A DNA stretch of 63,917 nt, filler included, from Malassezia furfur (taxonomy: Eukaryota): assembly GCA_052055015.1 (NCBI GenBank). It is 5 parts of 5 records of this genome, joined end to end, with 100 filler letters (N's around TTAATTAATTAA, not from the genome) between each part and the next. Parts side by side here need not be neighbours in the genome. Positions count along the whole stretch, not along the records: positions 27,069 to 40,391 come from JBQJIT010000321.1; positions 40,492 to 53,792 come from JBQJIT010000322.1; 3 more parts are not named here. One strand, written 5' to 3'. The notes beneath the pieces are model-generated. The model searched no databases. It saw only the letters and a program-made list of their open reading frames with translations, and had not been told where the DNA came from. The position numbers and the translations under genes were made by a program. Below are positions 36,345 to 46,970 of this stretch, in pieces (the first letter of the stretch is position 1; each line of letters begins with the position of its first letter).

Positions 36345-38051
36345 ATGCCGGCTCCGGAAGCGCCTGGCATTGCTTCCTCGCCACACCATGATAGCGAAGA
36401 AACAGTTACATCGTCATACACGCCAGGAAACCAAGCACAACAAGAAAATACCCTCGTCGATCGAGTACAAAAGCTCGACGACAAGCTCCAACGTGACCAA
36501 GGTCAAAACGAGAACGACATGGAGCGTGGACCTATTTTGGACGGCGAGTTCGTTACAGACCCGCCACTCACCGAGCTCCCGGCAGGCGAGGTGGATCCAG
36601 AAAAGGCGGCAGGGGATATTATGGTAGAATGGGACGGTATCGACGACCAGGAGAATGCGTATAACTGGTCCACTTTGTATCGGTATTATATCACGCTTCT
36701 CGTCGGCATCCTCACTTTCTGCAGTACATTCGCTTCGTCGTCTCCCTCCCTCCTGGTCCCACGCATCATGGAACGATACCATGTCTCTGAGGAAGCAGGC
36801 AAGATCCCGATTTTCATGTTCTTGGTAGGGTATATGTCCGGGCCGATGCTCTGGGGACCGCTGTCCGAGCTCTACGGTGTCATGCCCATGATTTGGACTT
36901 CGGGTCTTGGGCTAGCCGCCTCCAATGTCGCATGCGCCCACGCACCCAACCTGGGTGGTCTGATCTGTTTGCGTATCTTGGCCGGCATGTTTGGTTCGTG
37001 CCCCCTGACCATTGGCGGTGGCATCATGGCGCACATTTGGCGTAAGCAGCAGCTTGGTATCGGTATGTGTGTCTTTGGTGCCATGCCCATGTTGGGGCCC
37101 TCGCTCGGCCCGTTGGTCGGTGGCTGCATTGATCAATCGGGTGTCACATACCAGTGGATTTTCTGGGCCATGGGCATCTTTACCGGAGCACTAACGTTCC
37201 TAATGGGCCTCACCATGAAAGAAACCAACCCTGGCATAAATTTGGTGAAAAAAGCGAAGCGACTTCGCAAAGAAACAGGCAACAACCGGTACAAGGCGCC
37301 ATTCGAGGTGCGCCATATCAACTTGAAAGAGTTGGCTTCACAACGGTTGGTTATTCCTCTTCATATGTTGATGGTGCGTATCGTCTAGGAAGACGCCAGA
37401 CTAACGCTTCAGGTTGAACCCATGCTGCTTGGCGTGACACTGTATATTTCCTTCGTGTACGGTGTGCTATACCTGTTCTTCGACGCATACCCGGTTGTTT
37501 TCGAGGAGCTCCATCACATGTCCTCCATCCAAATCGGCCTGACGTTTGTTCCGTTGATGGCGGGCTGTCTGTTGGGATCCACCTACTACATTCTTTATGA
37601 AAACAAGGTTTATTTGAAGCGGCTGGAACAGAGTCCCACCAACACCGTACCCCCTGAATTCCGGCTACGTTTGACCATGGCCGCCGGGCCGATCCTGACA
37701 GCCTCGCTCTTCTGGTTCGCTTGGACCAGTTTTCCGAGCATCAGTGTGTGGCCCCCGATCATCGCGGGTGGTTTTTACGGCCTGGGTATCTTTTTCATCA
37801 TGTTCAGCTTGTTCACCTACATGGCAGACACGTATGGCGTTTTGACGTCCAGTGCTATGGCAGCCAACACCATTGTGCGTTCCGGCTTTGGTGTCGGTTT
37901 CCCCCTCTTTGCTACGCAAATGTATCACAAACTCAACCCACGCTGGGCAACTACGGTGCTAGCCTTCATCGCACTGATCATGGTCCCGATTCCCTTCCTC
38001 TTATTCAAATTTGGACCATGGATGCGTTCCAAGACGCGTTACGCAATCTAA
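36345..38051 (+). CDS. MFS drug:H+ antiporter (DHA1 family); 39-nt intron 37374-37412
   Basis: WDG.DD.EN.YNW, WGPLSELYG, ET, EP.L...YGVLYLFF.AYP, PPE.RL, SA.AAN..VRS. Confidence 0.9.
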
Positions 38052-38935
38052 GGTTGAGTGCTTGGCGTGCTCATGCAGGTGTCACACCTTTGCCCGCCTC
38101 GTTTAAGTGCCGCGTTGCGTCACTACTATACTGTATATTACAAATAAAAAAAGACGGCGTCAAGACGTGCGGGTGTGGGGAAAGAGGGCACGCACGTCTG
38201 CGGCGTCACTGTGGCTGGGCCCCCCAAGTTGTCCATTGGACGGGCGTCGCCATTAACCTCGCTCGACCAGCTCCAGGTTTCGGGCGTAACGTCCGAAGGG
38301 AAAAATGCAGAAGCATTGGCGCACACGCTGATTCGCCGGGCTTCTGTGCCAAACCCATTTGGCTGTGACAAGGCTAAAACCGACTTGCCAATGGTCAAAA
38401 ACGGAAAAAGATCATTGGACAGTTAGCTGCATAAACTGGTCACCATTAATTTCAAACTCGCCCTAGGCATACCCAAAAGACATTGATTTTTTAAATAGTG
38501 CAAACCGGTTTCGCCCTAGACAAACCTAGTCCTATTGGACCGATATTGCAGGACATCATCATAATGCACCGCAATGTGGGGGACTCATTCGTGGTGATTG
38601 GCAGAGAAGAATCTTGGCATAGTGGAAACCAACGCACGTGTAGAGGAAGCGGGAGAGACCATCACTTGCACGATGTCTCATTGGTTGCCCCATGTCTGAT
38701 TAGTCTGTGCCCCCCAAATTCCCGCGTGTTGCCGTTTATCGACTGATGCTGTTTTGCGTAGTGCTACTATAGCGAGCAAAAGGACCGGCCAATCAGTGCA
38801 GGTGATAAGAAACTCTCCGACGGTGGTGCCTAGCCAGCCCTTCGCCGCCGTCTCCAATATTAGCACCTGGCCGCGCCTGGCTGATCCCGGATTCTCCCTT
38901 CACCTCCGCCGTCCCGTCCAGGAAGGTTATGACTG

Positions 38936-40309
38936 ATGGTTTCAGCTCCTTCTAGCTCGCATTTGAGCGGTATAGACCGCCGCAAATGGACTCCAGAGGA
39001 GGATGCCTTGCTGACCCGCGCCATGGTGCGGTTCCAGAACTGCAAAGACATCCGCTGGACCGAGATTGCTGCTGAAATTCCCGAGCGTTCGGCCAAGGCG
39101 TGCCGCAAGCGCTGGGTGAATGGTCTGAACGATCGTTTGAAGAAGGGTTCGTGGACCCATGAAGAGGACGAGCGCCTTCGCGAAGGTGTGTCGCTGCTTG
39201 CCAATGATTGGGCGCGGATTGCCGACCATGTGGGCCAGCGCTCTGGCGATCAGTGCAGCAAGCGCTGGCGTGAGGTGCTAGACCCAGCAATCAACAAGTC
39301 GACGTGGACACCCGAAGAGGACAAGCAGCTGATTGACCTGTTTTACAAGCATGGCTCGGCCTGGCAAGTCATCTCGACGCACTTCCAGAACCGCCGCGCG
39401 CTGCAGTGCCGCAACCGGTGCTGCAAACTGCTTAGCCTGCACGCGTACCCCCGTGCCAAAAAGGCGGCTGCCGAAGCCAAGGACCAAGCGCAGCCGGTGA
39501 CCTCGCCGATGCGTTCCTTCCACGGCGCCGCACCTGTCCCGATTTCACCCGTGTGTTTGGATATGCCGGCGCAGACGAGCCAGGAGACGTGGCCGCGTCT
39601 GAATGTCTCGTCGCCGACCGAGCCGATGAGCTCGACGCAACCTTCGTACATGCAAGATGCGACGCACCTCAACACGATGTCGATGTCGGCGAACCACCCA
39701 GCGATGTCGCCCATCTCGCCGATTTCGCCCATGTTTGGGATGCCGGAGCTGCAAAAGTCGTCGCTTCCCTCGCCGTCGCTGCACCTCTCGAACGAGAATA
39801 GCGATTCCGGCAGCCTGCTGCTCGACTCGTGGAACAAGGTACAGGGCTTCTCGGCACTGAAGCGCAAGGACCCTCCGGCGGCGTTGAACCTCAACGGCAA
39901 TGTGTCACAGCCACCCCCAGCGAATCTCGAGTCGTTCCCGTCGCCCTTCTGTCATCCCAGCCATGCCTCGCCGTCTATGTGCTCGAGCATGAGCACGTCG
40001 CCTACTACGCCCTCGGTGGCTGATACCCTTTCCCTGCAAAATATGATGTCGTCGCCCATGCTCCCGCCGCTGCCCACCCAGATGGCCGAAGGGCTGCCCT
40101 TCTGCAAGCCGATGCCGTCCATGGCCGCGGACAAGAACGTGAATGCGCTCAACTGGCAACTGTACTGCAACCAGCTCGTTCCGATGCAGGCGCCACAACC
40201 ACAATCTTTCTCGGAGCAGGCGTCAATCATCAATGATATGTACCCCGCGATGCTGAGCGGCGGTGCGGCCTCCAACCCGCTAATGTGGCTCTCGGATGTG
40301 CCATTTTGA
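38936..40309 (+). CDS. Myb-domain transcription factor with three repeats
   Basis: WTPEED/WTHEED/WTPEED repeats with CRKRW, CSKRW, CRNR; Ser/Pro/Met-rich tail. Confidence 0.9.
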   Translation: MVSAPSSSHLSGIDRRKWTPEEDALLTRAMVRFQNCKDIRWTEIAAEIPERSAKACRKRWVNGLNDRLKKGSWTHEEDERLREGVSLLANDWARIADHVGQRSGDQCSKRWREVLDPAINKSTWTPEEDKQLIDLFYKHGSAWQVISTHFQNRRALQCRNRCCKLLSLHAYPRAKKAAAEAKDQAQPVTSPMRSFHGAAPVPISPVCLDMPAQTSQETWPRLNVSSPTEPMSSTQPSYMQDATHLNTMSMSANHPAMSPISPISPMFGMPELQKSSLPSPSLHLSNENSDSGSLLLDSWNKVQGFSALKRKDPPAALNLNGNVSQPPPANLESFPSPFCHPSHASPSMCSSMSTSPTTPSVADTLSLQNMMSSPMLPPLPTQMAEGLPFCKPMPSMAADKNVNALNWQLYCNQLVPMQAPQPQSFSEQASIINDMYPAMLSGGAASNPLMWLSDVPF

Positions 40310-40391
40310 CCCGCGCGTGCGGTCGTGGCGTGCCGGCTAGCGCGCACATGGCTCATCCCTGCCTTTCCTTCCCCATTCCCTCCCCCATTCC

Positions 40392-40491
40392 NNNNNNNNN
40401 NNNNNNNNNNNNNNNNNNNNNNNNNNNNNNNNNNNTTAATTAATTAANNNNNNNNNNNNNNNNNNNNNNNNNNNNNNNNNNNNNNNNNNNN
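40392..40491. other. Artificial contig spacer
   Basis: 44N-TTAATTAATTAA-44N. Confidence 0.98.
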
Positions 40492-40952
40492 ACAGCTTCT
40501 GGCTGTACTGGTGCACCATGTACCTCATGCACCACTACCTCATTGATCTCGTCGCGGGCGGGTGCTTGGCCACCATGTGCTTCTACGTATTCCGCACCGA
40601 GTCTGTGCGCAATGCCATGGAGCAGCGCCTCGCGGCCATGGAGCGTGCCGAGGGCCATGAGCCCGAGACGGTCGCCCTCGACCGCATGGGCCACGCGCAC
40701 CTCGTCTCGCACCCGGCGCGGTCGCAGGACGAGGAGGAAAAGGCGGGCTCGCAGCGGCCCACCATCTTCACGCTCGACGAGAGCGACGACACCCAGGGGC
40801 CGGACCTCGCGCGGACACGCTCGCCCAACTTCCTCCCCACCGATGCGGCGGTCGCATCGCAGTCGGGCCGCGCCGCGGCCGGCCACGCCATCTCCCGCCC
40901 AGCCAGCAGCGCGTCGAACCGCGCGGGCAGCAGTAGCGCCGTAGCTGACTAA
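40492..40952 (+). CDS. AUR1: Inositol phosphorylceramide synthase, C-terminal fragment
   Basis: WLYWCTMYLMHHYLIDLVAG matches the Aur1 TMYL.HHY.VDL catalytic motif. Confidence 0.8.
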
Positions 40953-40988
40953 GCACACCCCGCCGGGCGCGTCGTCTCCACGTTGCCC

Positions 40989-42078
40989 ATGTCGTTTGCA
41001 GGCAAGCTCGTGAAGATCACGCTGCGCAGCGGCGAGTCGTACCCGGCGAGGATCGTCCACGTGGACCCAACGACCGCGACGCTGACCGTAGAGCGCTCCG
41101 ACACCAACACCACCGAGCACGTCCGCCGCGATGTGCTCCAGGACGTGAGCATCGTCAGCGAAGGTTCCGCCGCGGCGGCGTCCGCGGCGACCGCCGCAGC
41201 CCAGGCGCCCGCGACGGCACCTGCAGCAGCGGCATCTCGGTCGACTCCGCCCACCAGCGACAAGAAAAAGCGCAACAAGGCGAAAAAGACGCCCGCGCCC
41301 GGCCCGGCGGCGGCACCGGCGCCGGCGCCGCCCGCGAATCCGTACCTGGAAGAGTTTGACTATACCAAGAGCACGCAGAGCTTTGACAAGAAAAAGGCTT
41401 GGGAGGAGATTCGCGTACGTCGTGCCCGTGCCCCTGTGGACTGACCTTTAGCAAAGCCAGGCGGGCCGTTCGTCCGACCCTCTCTTGGTGCAGCTCAACC
41501 GGCGGCCTGCAACCGAGTCGCGGCAGCCGATGCTCGCGCCCAACGAGATGGTACTCAGCCCTAGCGAGATTGAGCAGGCGCGCGCGGCCGGCCGGTTCGA
41601 GACCGCCGTGCCGCCGCCGTCCAACGACCGCAACAGCGCCGACGCAGCGACCGCTGCGCTGTCCGCGGCCGAGGCGGAGCTGTCGTCGCTCCGTGCCCAG
41701 CTCAAGCACGCGCGCGAGCGCCAGGCACTGCTAGAGGCGCTAACCGGTGTCCAGATCGCCGACACGCCCGCCGGCGATGAGTACGTCTGCTCGCTGTTTG
41801 CCGAGCCGCGCATTGCGGCAGCGCACTGGCGCGCCAAATACGTCGCGCCTGCGTCCCTCGACGATACCAAGGCGCTGCGCTACCGCATGTGCATTCCGGA
41901 CCTCGACACACTCGACAAAAACGACCCGGTGATGCTGTCCTACCTGGGTCCGGCCGGCGAGGCGGATCCCGAGCTGGTGCAACGCCTCCCGGAGCACTTC
42001 CAGGGGCAAGTGAGCGTCAAGGCGGAGAATGCGCCGTTGTTTGCGCAGCGTCTGCAGTCCATTGCGCATGGCCCGTAG
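40989..42078 (+). CDS. Edc3-like LSm + FDF protein with coiled coil and Csm1/Pcs1-like C-terminus, 350 aa; 37-nt intron 41415-41451
   Basis: SFAGKLVKITLRSG (LSm), EEFDY.KS..SFDKKKAWEEIR, LLVQLNR, LAPNEMVL; then LEALTG...YVC...ELVQRLPEHF. Confidence 0.65.
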
Positions 42079-42080
42079 AT

Positions 42081-42772
42081 CTACAAAAACTGCAGAGCGT
42101 TATGTAGCCACTGGGGGCGCGGGTATATCCGAGCAACGACGCGGCCCTTGACCAGCGCCAGCGGCACCGGGCCATAGTGCCGGCTGTCGGTGCTGTTCGC
42201 GAGATTGTCGCCAGCGAGCCAGACGTGGCCCTTGGGGATGGTGACGATGCGCGTCGCATGGTGCAGCCCTTGCGGGCCCTCGAGCATGCGCGCGAGCTCG
42301 TGGTGTGCAGCCGCCGCATCGGTCAGCCCACTCGCAACGTCGCGCGGGTCCACGAGGATGGTGTCGCCGCCCATGCCGAGGATCCGCTTGCACACTGTGC
42401 GCGTCGGGTCGGTGGGCGACGTCGCAACGACCATGTCGCCAATTTTCAGCCCGTGCCCCATGCTAGGATCCGTCTTTGCACACGGGAGGCCCCTGGGCAC
42501 GGGCGGGAAGCGCTCCTTGAGTTCCGCGTCGGCGAACGGCAGCTCCGAGAGGAGGCGCAAGAACGGCAGGCGGAGGTGCACCACCAGGTCGCCGGACGGC
42601 GACAGCGTGGGCAGCATCGACGCGCCTTTGCACTGCGTGAGCAGATAACACGTACCACGCGTACTTCAAAGATGTGCTGGTTCACGAGGTGCACGGTGCA
42701 CATCATTTGCACCGTGAACACGCTTAGACGCGTCGCCTGGCGCGTCCATTGGCTTGCCTTTGCCCAGGCCAT
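42081..42772 (-). CDS. IMP1: Mitochondrial inner membrane peptidase subunit (S26); 23-nt intron 42633-42655
   Basis: GASMLPTL, VCKRI.G..GD, IPKGHVWLAGDN..NSTDSRHYGPVP. Confidence 0.88.
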
Positions 42773-42931
42773 GGCGGCAGCCAGCGTGGGCTTATTTCCC
42801 CACAGTGGAAGTACCGTGCGCGGATCCGGAACGCCGTTCACTTAGCCGCCGAGGGGAACGTCATCAGCCGGGCGTGAAGAAGTCATTTGCACAGAGGGAC
42901 TTCGATCGCAGTACAATAGCTTCGATACGGC

Positions 42932-43961
42932 ATGACCTCACAAGCAGGCCGAAGCTCGCATATACATGCGCAGGCCCGCGACTCTGCGATCGCCGGCGCA
43001 AGCGCAGGGCTCGTATCGAGCGTGGTGACATGCCCCCTCGATGTCATCAAAACGCGCCTCCAAGTCATGGCCGAGCCAGGAACCAAGGCGGGATTCTATC
43101 GGGTTGGGCGTACGTGCAACACACACTTACCGCAGACATCATCAGCCGGATCTGGCACGACGACGGACTTCGCGGTTACTATCGCGGCCTGGTACCCACC
43201 ATGGTCGGCTACTTGCCGACCTGGGCCATCTACTTCGTGGTCTACGACAAGGGCAAGACGTTCTTTTCGTCGCAGATCGGTACGTTGCACAGGCGCGCTC
43301 ATACAGTCACAGGGGGCAAACACGACTTTCTGATCCACATATGCAGCGCCATGACAGCAGGCGTCGTCAGCACGACTTGTACCAGCCCCTTTTGGGTGGT
43401 CAAGACGCGGACGATGGTACGTGCGCGCGGCTCACGCAGCTCCAAACGTCCAAGCAGCCGTCCCATCAACGATATAACAACATCCTTGACGCGTTCCGAA
43501 AGATCTATGTGCGCGAGGGGCTCGGCGGCTTCTACAAGGGACTGCTGCCGAGTCTTCTCGGCGTTTTCCACGTCGTGGTCCAGTTTCCCCTGTACGAGTA
43601 CTTCAAAAGCTTGGCTGGTACGTCGTCGCTTGCTCACCCTTCAGCCACTCGGCAGCACTCCGACCATCTTTCGCCTACTATGATCTTGCTGTGCAGTGGC
43701 GGCTCAAAAATGCTCGCCTCCATGGCTACATACCCCCACGAGGTGCTGCGCACGCGTCTACAGATGGTCCCCCAGTCGGGGCACGCTCACTATACCGGCC
43801 TCTTCCAGTCCATTTCGGTCATCTTCCAGCGGGAGGGCATCCGTGGCTTCTACAAGGGCATGGGCGTGAACCTGATTCGCACCGTGCCCAACTCGGGCCT
43901 CACGCTGCTCACCTACGAAGTGATCATGGGTCGCCTGGAAGCCATGCGCCGACCTCCATAG
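42932..43961 (+). CDS. Mitochondrial NAD+ carrier (Ndt1/Yia6-like); introns 43110-43135, 43280-43306, 43417-43439, 43618-43644
   Basis: CPLDVIKTRLQ, GYLPTWAIYF, PFWVVKTR, QFPLYE, TYPHEVLRTRLQ. Confidence 0.88.
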
Positions 43962-43986
43962 AGCTCTTCTCCACTAGCCGCATGGA

Positions 43987-44969
43987 ATGGGGACGTACGC
44001 AGACTACTTTAATGCACAATACAACGGTCCTACTTCATCCGGGCCTGTGCGCCTCACCATCGGACGCAACGCGCACGGCGTCGAGGAGGAGCTAACATGG
44101 ACGGAGGAGGAGCTTATGGACCAAGCCGAGGACGAGCCGGAAACGTCCGGGGCGGCGACGCAGCCCAGTCGTTCCCCACGCAAGCCGCCGGCGCCGCACA
44201 CCACAGTACCGGATGCGCCGTCACCGCACACCCAACTACTCCCCTTTCCCACGCCCCACAGCATGGTGTGGGTGCTTGATACGTACGTGGCCTGGTTGAC
44301 CCAGCAATGTGTTGCTCAGCTTCCTCGCGCTCCTCCGGCCGTTCTTTGACGTGTTGTGGGCTGCTGCCCTACACAGCTACACGCCTGTCTACCTTGTTGT
44401 TCCCCATTGCGTGTTGGAAGAGCTGGACAGTATGAAACACAGCGAGCGCCGCTTGGACACCGGCACCGCCGGTGCTGCGGCACGGAATGCTAGTCGATGG
44501 TTGCTCGAGACCGTGCAGCGCCAGAAACACAATCCGGCCGCATACAACCCGGCGCGGTGGGTGCTGCATGTGCAGACCTCACCCATGTCGGCGCGGCTAG
44601 ACCATGCCTCCTTGGTAGGTGCCGAGCCTAACGCAGACCAATGACCAAGCGATCGTCGCGCTGTGTGCGGAACTGCGTACACGACACGCCCAGGTCTACT
44701 TTGTGTCCAACGATACCAATGCTCGCACCCTTGCCGAGATCCAAGGTGCCGCGACGCTCGACTTGAAACCGATCTCGGCGCAGCTCGTGCCCTCATCGGC
44801 CCAAGCGCAGCGACTCTTTTGGGTGTGCGCATGCCCCGAATACCACTATCTCCTACACGACCCCCAGCACTGTACAGTACTACCCGATGATGCATGGATG
44901 TACATGCAGACTCGAGCCGCGCAGCTCCTGCCCGACCCGGACGCCGACGTCCCCATGGCTGGCGCGTAA
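43987..44969 (+). CDS. PIN-domain endoribonuclease (Swt1-like); 22-nt introns 44283-44304 and 44615-44636
   Basis: Splicing restores VLDTNVLL; VP..VLEELD.MK, AR.AS.WL, TNDQAI, VSNDTNAR. Confidence 0.8.
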
Positions 44970-45003
44970 ATAGGCCTCTCCGCTCCTTCCACCTCCACCC
45001 GCC

Positions 45004-45292
45004 ATGCGCATGATTGAAGTGATCGCCAACGACCGTCTGGGACGGAAAGTGCGCGTGAAGTGCTCACCGGACGACACGGTCGGCGACCTGAAGAAGCTTA
45101 TTGCGGCGCAGACCGGCACCGCACCCCAAAAGGTGCGCTCAATGCGCTCACACAGATCATCCTGAAGAAATGGTACACCACTTTCAAGGACCACATCACG
45201 CTCGCCGACTGTACGTGCCCGACTAACGCCAGACGAGATCCACGACGTATGTCTATTGCTTACACCAGGGTGACTCTCTCGAGTTGCATTGA
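45004..45292 (+). CDS. HUB1: Ubiquitin-like protein Hub1/UBL5; introns 45133-45155, 45211-45232, 45247-45268 (not in the ORF track)
   Basis: Spliced [36 protein letters not shown]...[30 protein letters not shown]; start 45004 or 45010. Confidence 0.93.
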
Positions 45293-45356
45293 GCCATGTG
45301 CGTGGGCGCGATGCATCGGCGACGAACGCGACGTTGGTCTCCTAGGTGCTTCATCA

Positions 45357-46828
45357 CTACGTCTCTTTCCCTTGTGCCTGCTGTGCATAGTACCACGCAT
45401 GATCGGTGGGATGCAGCGTCAGCTCGCTATCCAGCCACTTGTTAAGCGCAGGCTCCTCGGCAGGAGCAACAGGGTCTTGCTTGGACTTGGGCGTGTTGCG
45501 TACTGACAGGTAGTCGCCCTTGGAGCTGTCGTTCGTGGAAAACTCGAGCTGCACGCTGGGGACGTTGTTCAACTCGAGCAGCTTGAGGAACTTTTCGCCG
45601 AGTGCATTGACGGCATCCACGGGCTCCTTGTTGCGCAGCCACAGTGCGATCCGGTCGCCCTTGGCACGCAGGGAGCACACCGCACCGGTCACCTGGTCGT
45701 CTTCGTCAAAGTGTTCGCCAATCAGCCCAAACACGAGCCACATCCAGCTGCGGTCCAAAAGCGCTTCGTGCGCCGCACGACCGCCCGCGGTGTGCGCCTG
45801 TTCACGAATCGTCAAAATCCAGCGCCCGCCGTTGGCATTGGCAGGGTCTTCCCACATGGGTTTGATGCCGGCTTTGAATAGATGGTAGTTGGTATTGCGG
45901 CCCAGTTGGCTCGGCCGGTGCAGCGTTGCAAAGGTATCAAAGAAGGACTCAAGCGTCGTAAAGTGGCCGATGCACTTGAGCTTGGATTCGTACTGGTCGC
46001 TGCTGCTGGGCTTCCGGTGCGATTGCCCATCGTAGTAGAGCGTCCTGCGTCAGTAAAGACAACGTACCATGCCTGCTGCAGTGGATGCTTCTGGCCGGAC
46101 TTGGCCGCAAGCGCCGCTTCCTGGCCCGAGCCCGGAGGGTAGCGCGACGCGCTCGACGCCGTGTCCTTGGAAGCCGCTGGAACAGGCGACTTGGCGCCGT
46201 CTTGTTTGTCGCCCGCGGGAGGCGTTGCAGCGCTAACCGACGCGGCACCGGCGGGCGTCTCATGCGTCTTGTCTTGGTGCGTGTCTTCCGGTACCGGCTT
46301 GGCCTGGCTATCGGTCGAAGGGACAATCTCCGTCTGGGCGCCACTGTCCGACGGGGCAGTGCCTGCTGTGCCTTCTGGCGCCTCAGCCGGTGCCGTCTCC
46401 GCACGGCTCGCTTCTTCCGACAGCACGCCCGCGTGCTGTTTCGAGGGCGAGGGCGGCTCCTCCTTGGTCGGGCTGCTGCCCTTCTTGCTCCATTTCGACG
46501 ACGTCACATCGACGCCGCGCTTGTTCAGCCGTGCGCGGATCTCGTTCAGGCTCGGAATCACGTTGCTTTTGGCCCACGCAGCGGGCGGCTTCGCAGGATC
46601 GGCTGCCTTCCCAAGGCGCCCAGCGAGGCCCAAACGCCGCAGGCTGGGCGTGGGTTCATTCGTGCCTTCGCCCTCTTCCTTGTCAGCGGCTTGCTTGGTC
46701 TCCTCCGCGCCTGGCCGATCTTTGTGGTATCGCGCCGCGAGCTGCTCCAGCGACGGCGCATTGCGCTTCACAGGACTCCCACCCGCGCTACTTGTCGTAT
46801 CGCCCGGCGTGGGCGGATCTGTGCTCAT
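45357..46828 (-). CDS. eIF4E-family cap-binding protein, non-canonical, long disordered N-terminus; 23-nt intron 46045-46067
   Basis: HPLQQAWTLYY, YHLFKAGIKPMWEDPANANGGRW, GAVCSLR..GDRIALW. Confidence 0.88.
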
Positions 46829-46970
46829 CGTTCAGCACTGTGCGGCTCAGTCGTGGGCGCTCTAGGATTTTTGGCTTGGGTCAGCGTGTTACTTCCGCAT
46901 TCGAACACCTAAAGAGGCGCAGCCACGTGGCTCCGCAAGGAGGCGCGTCGCGGCGGTGCATTTCTCCACA

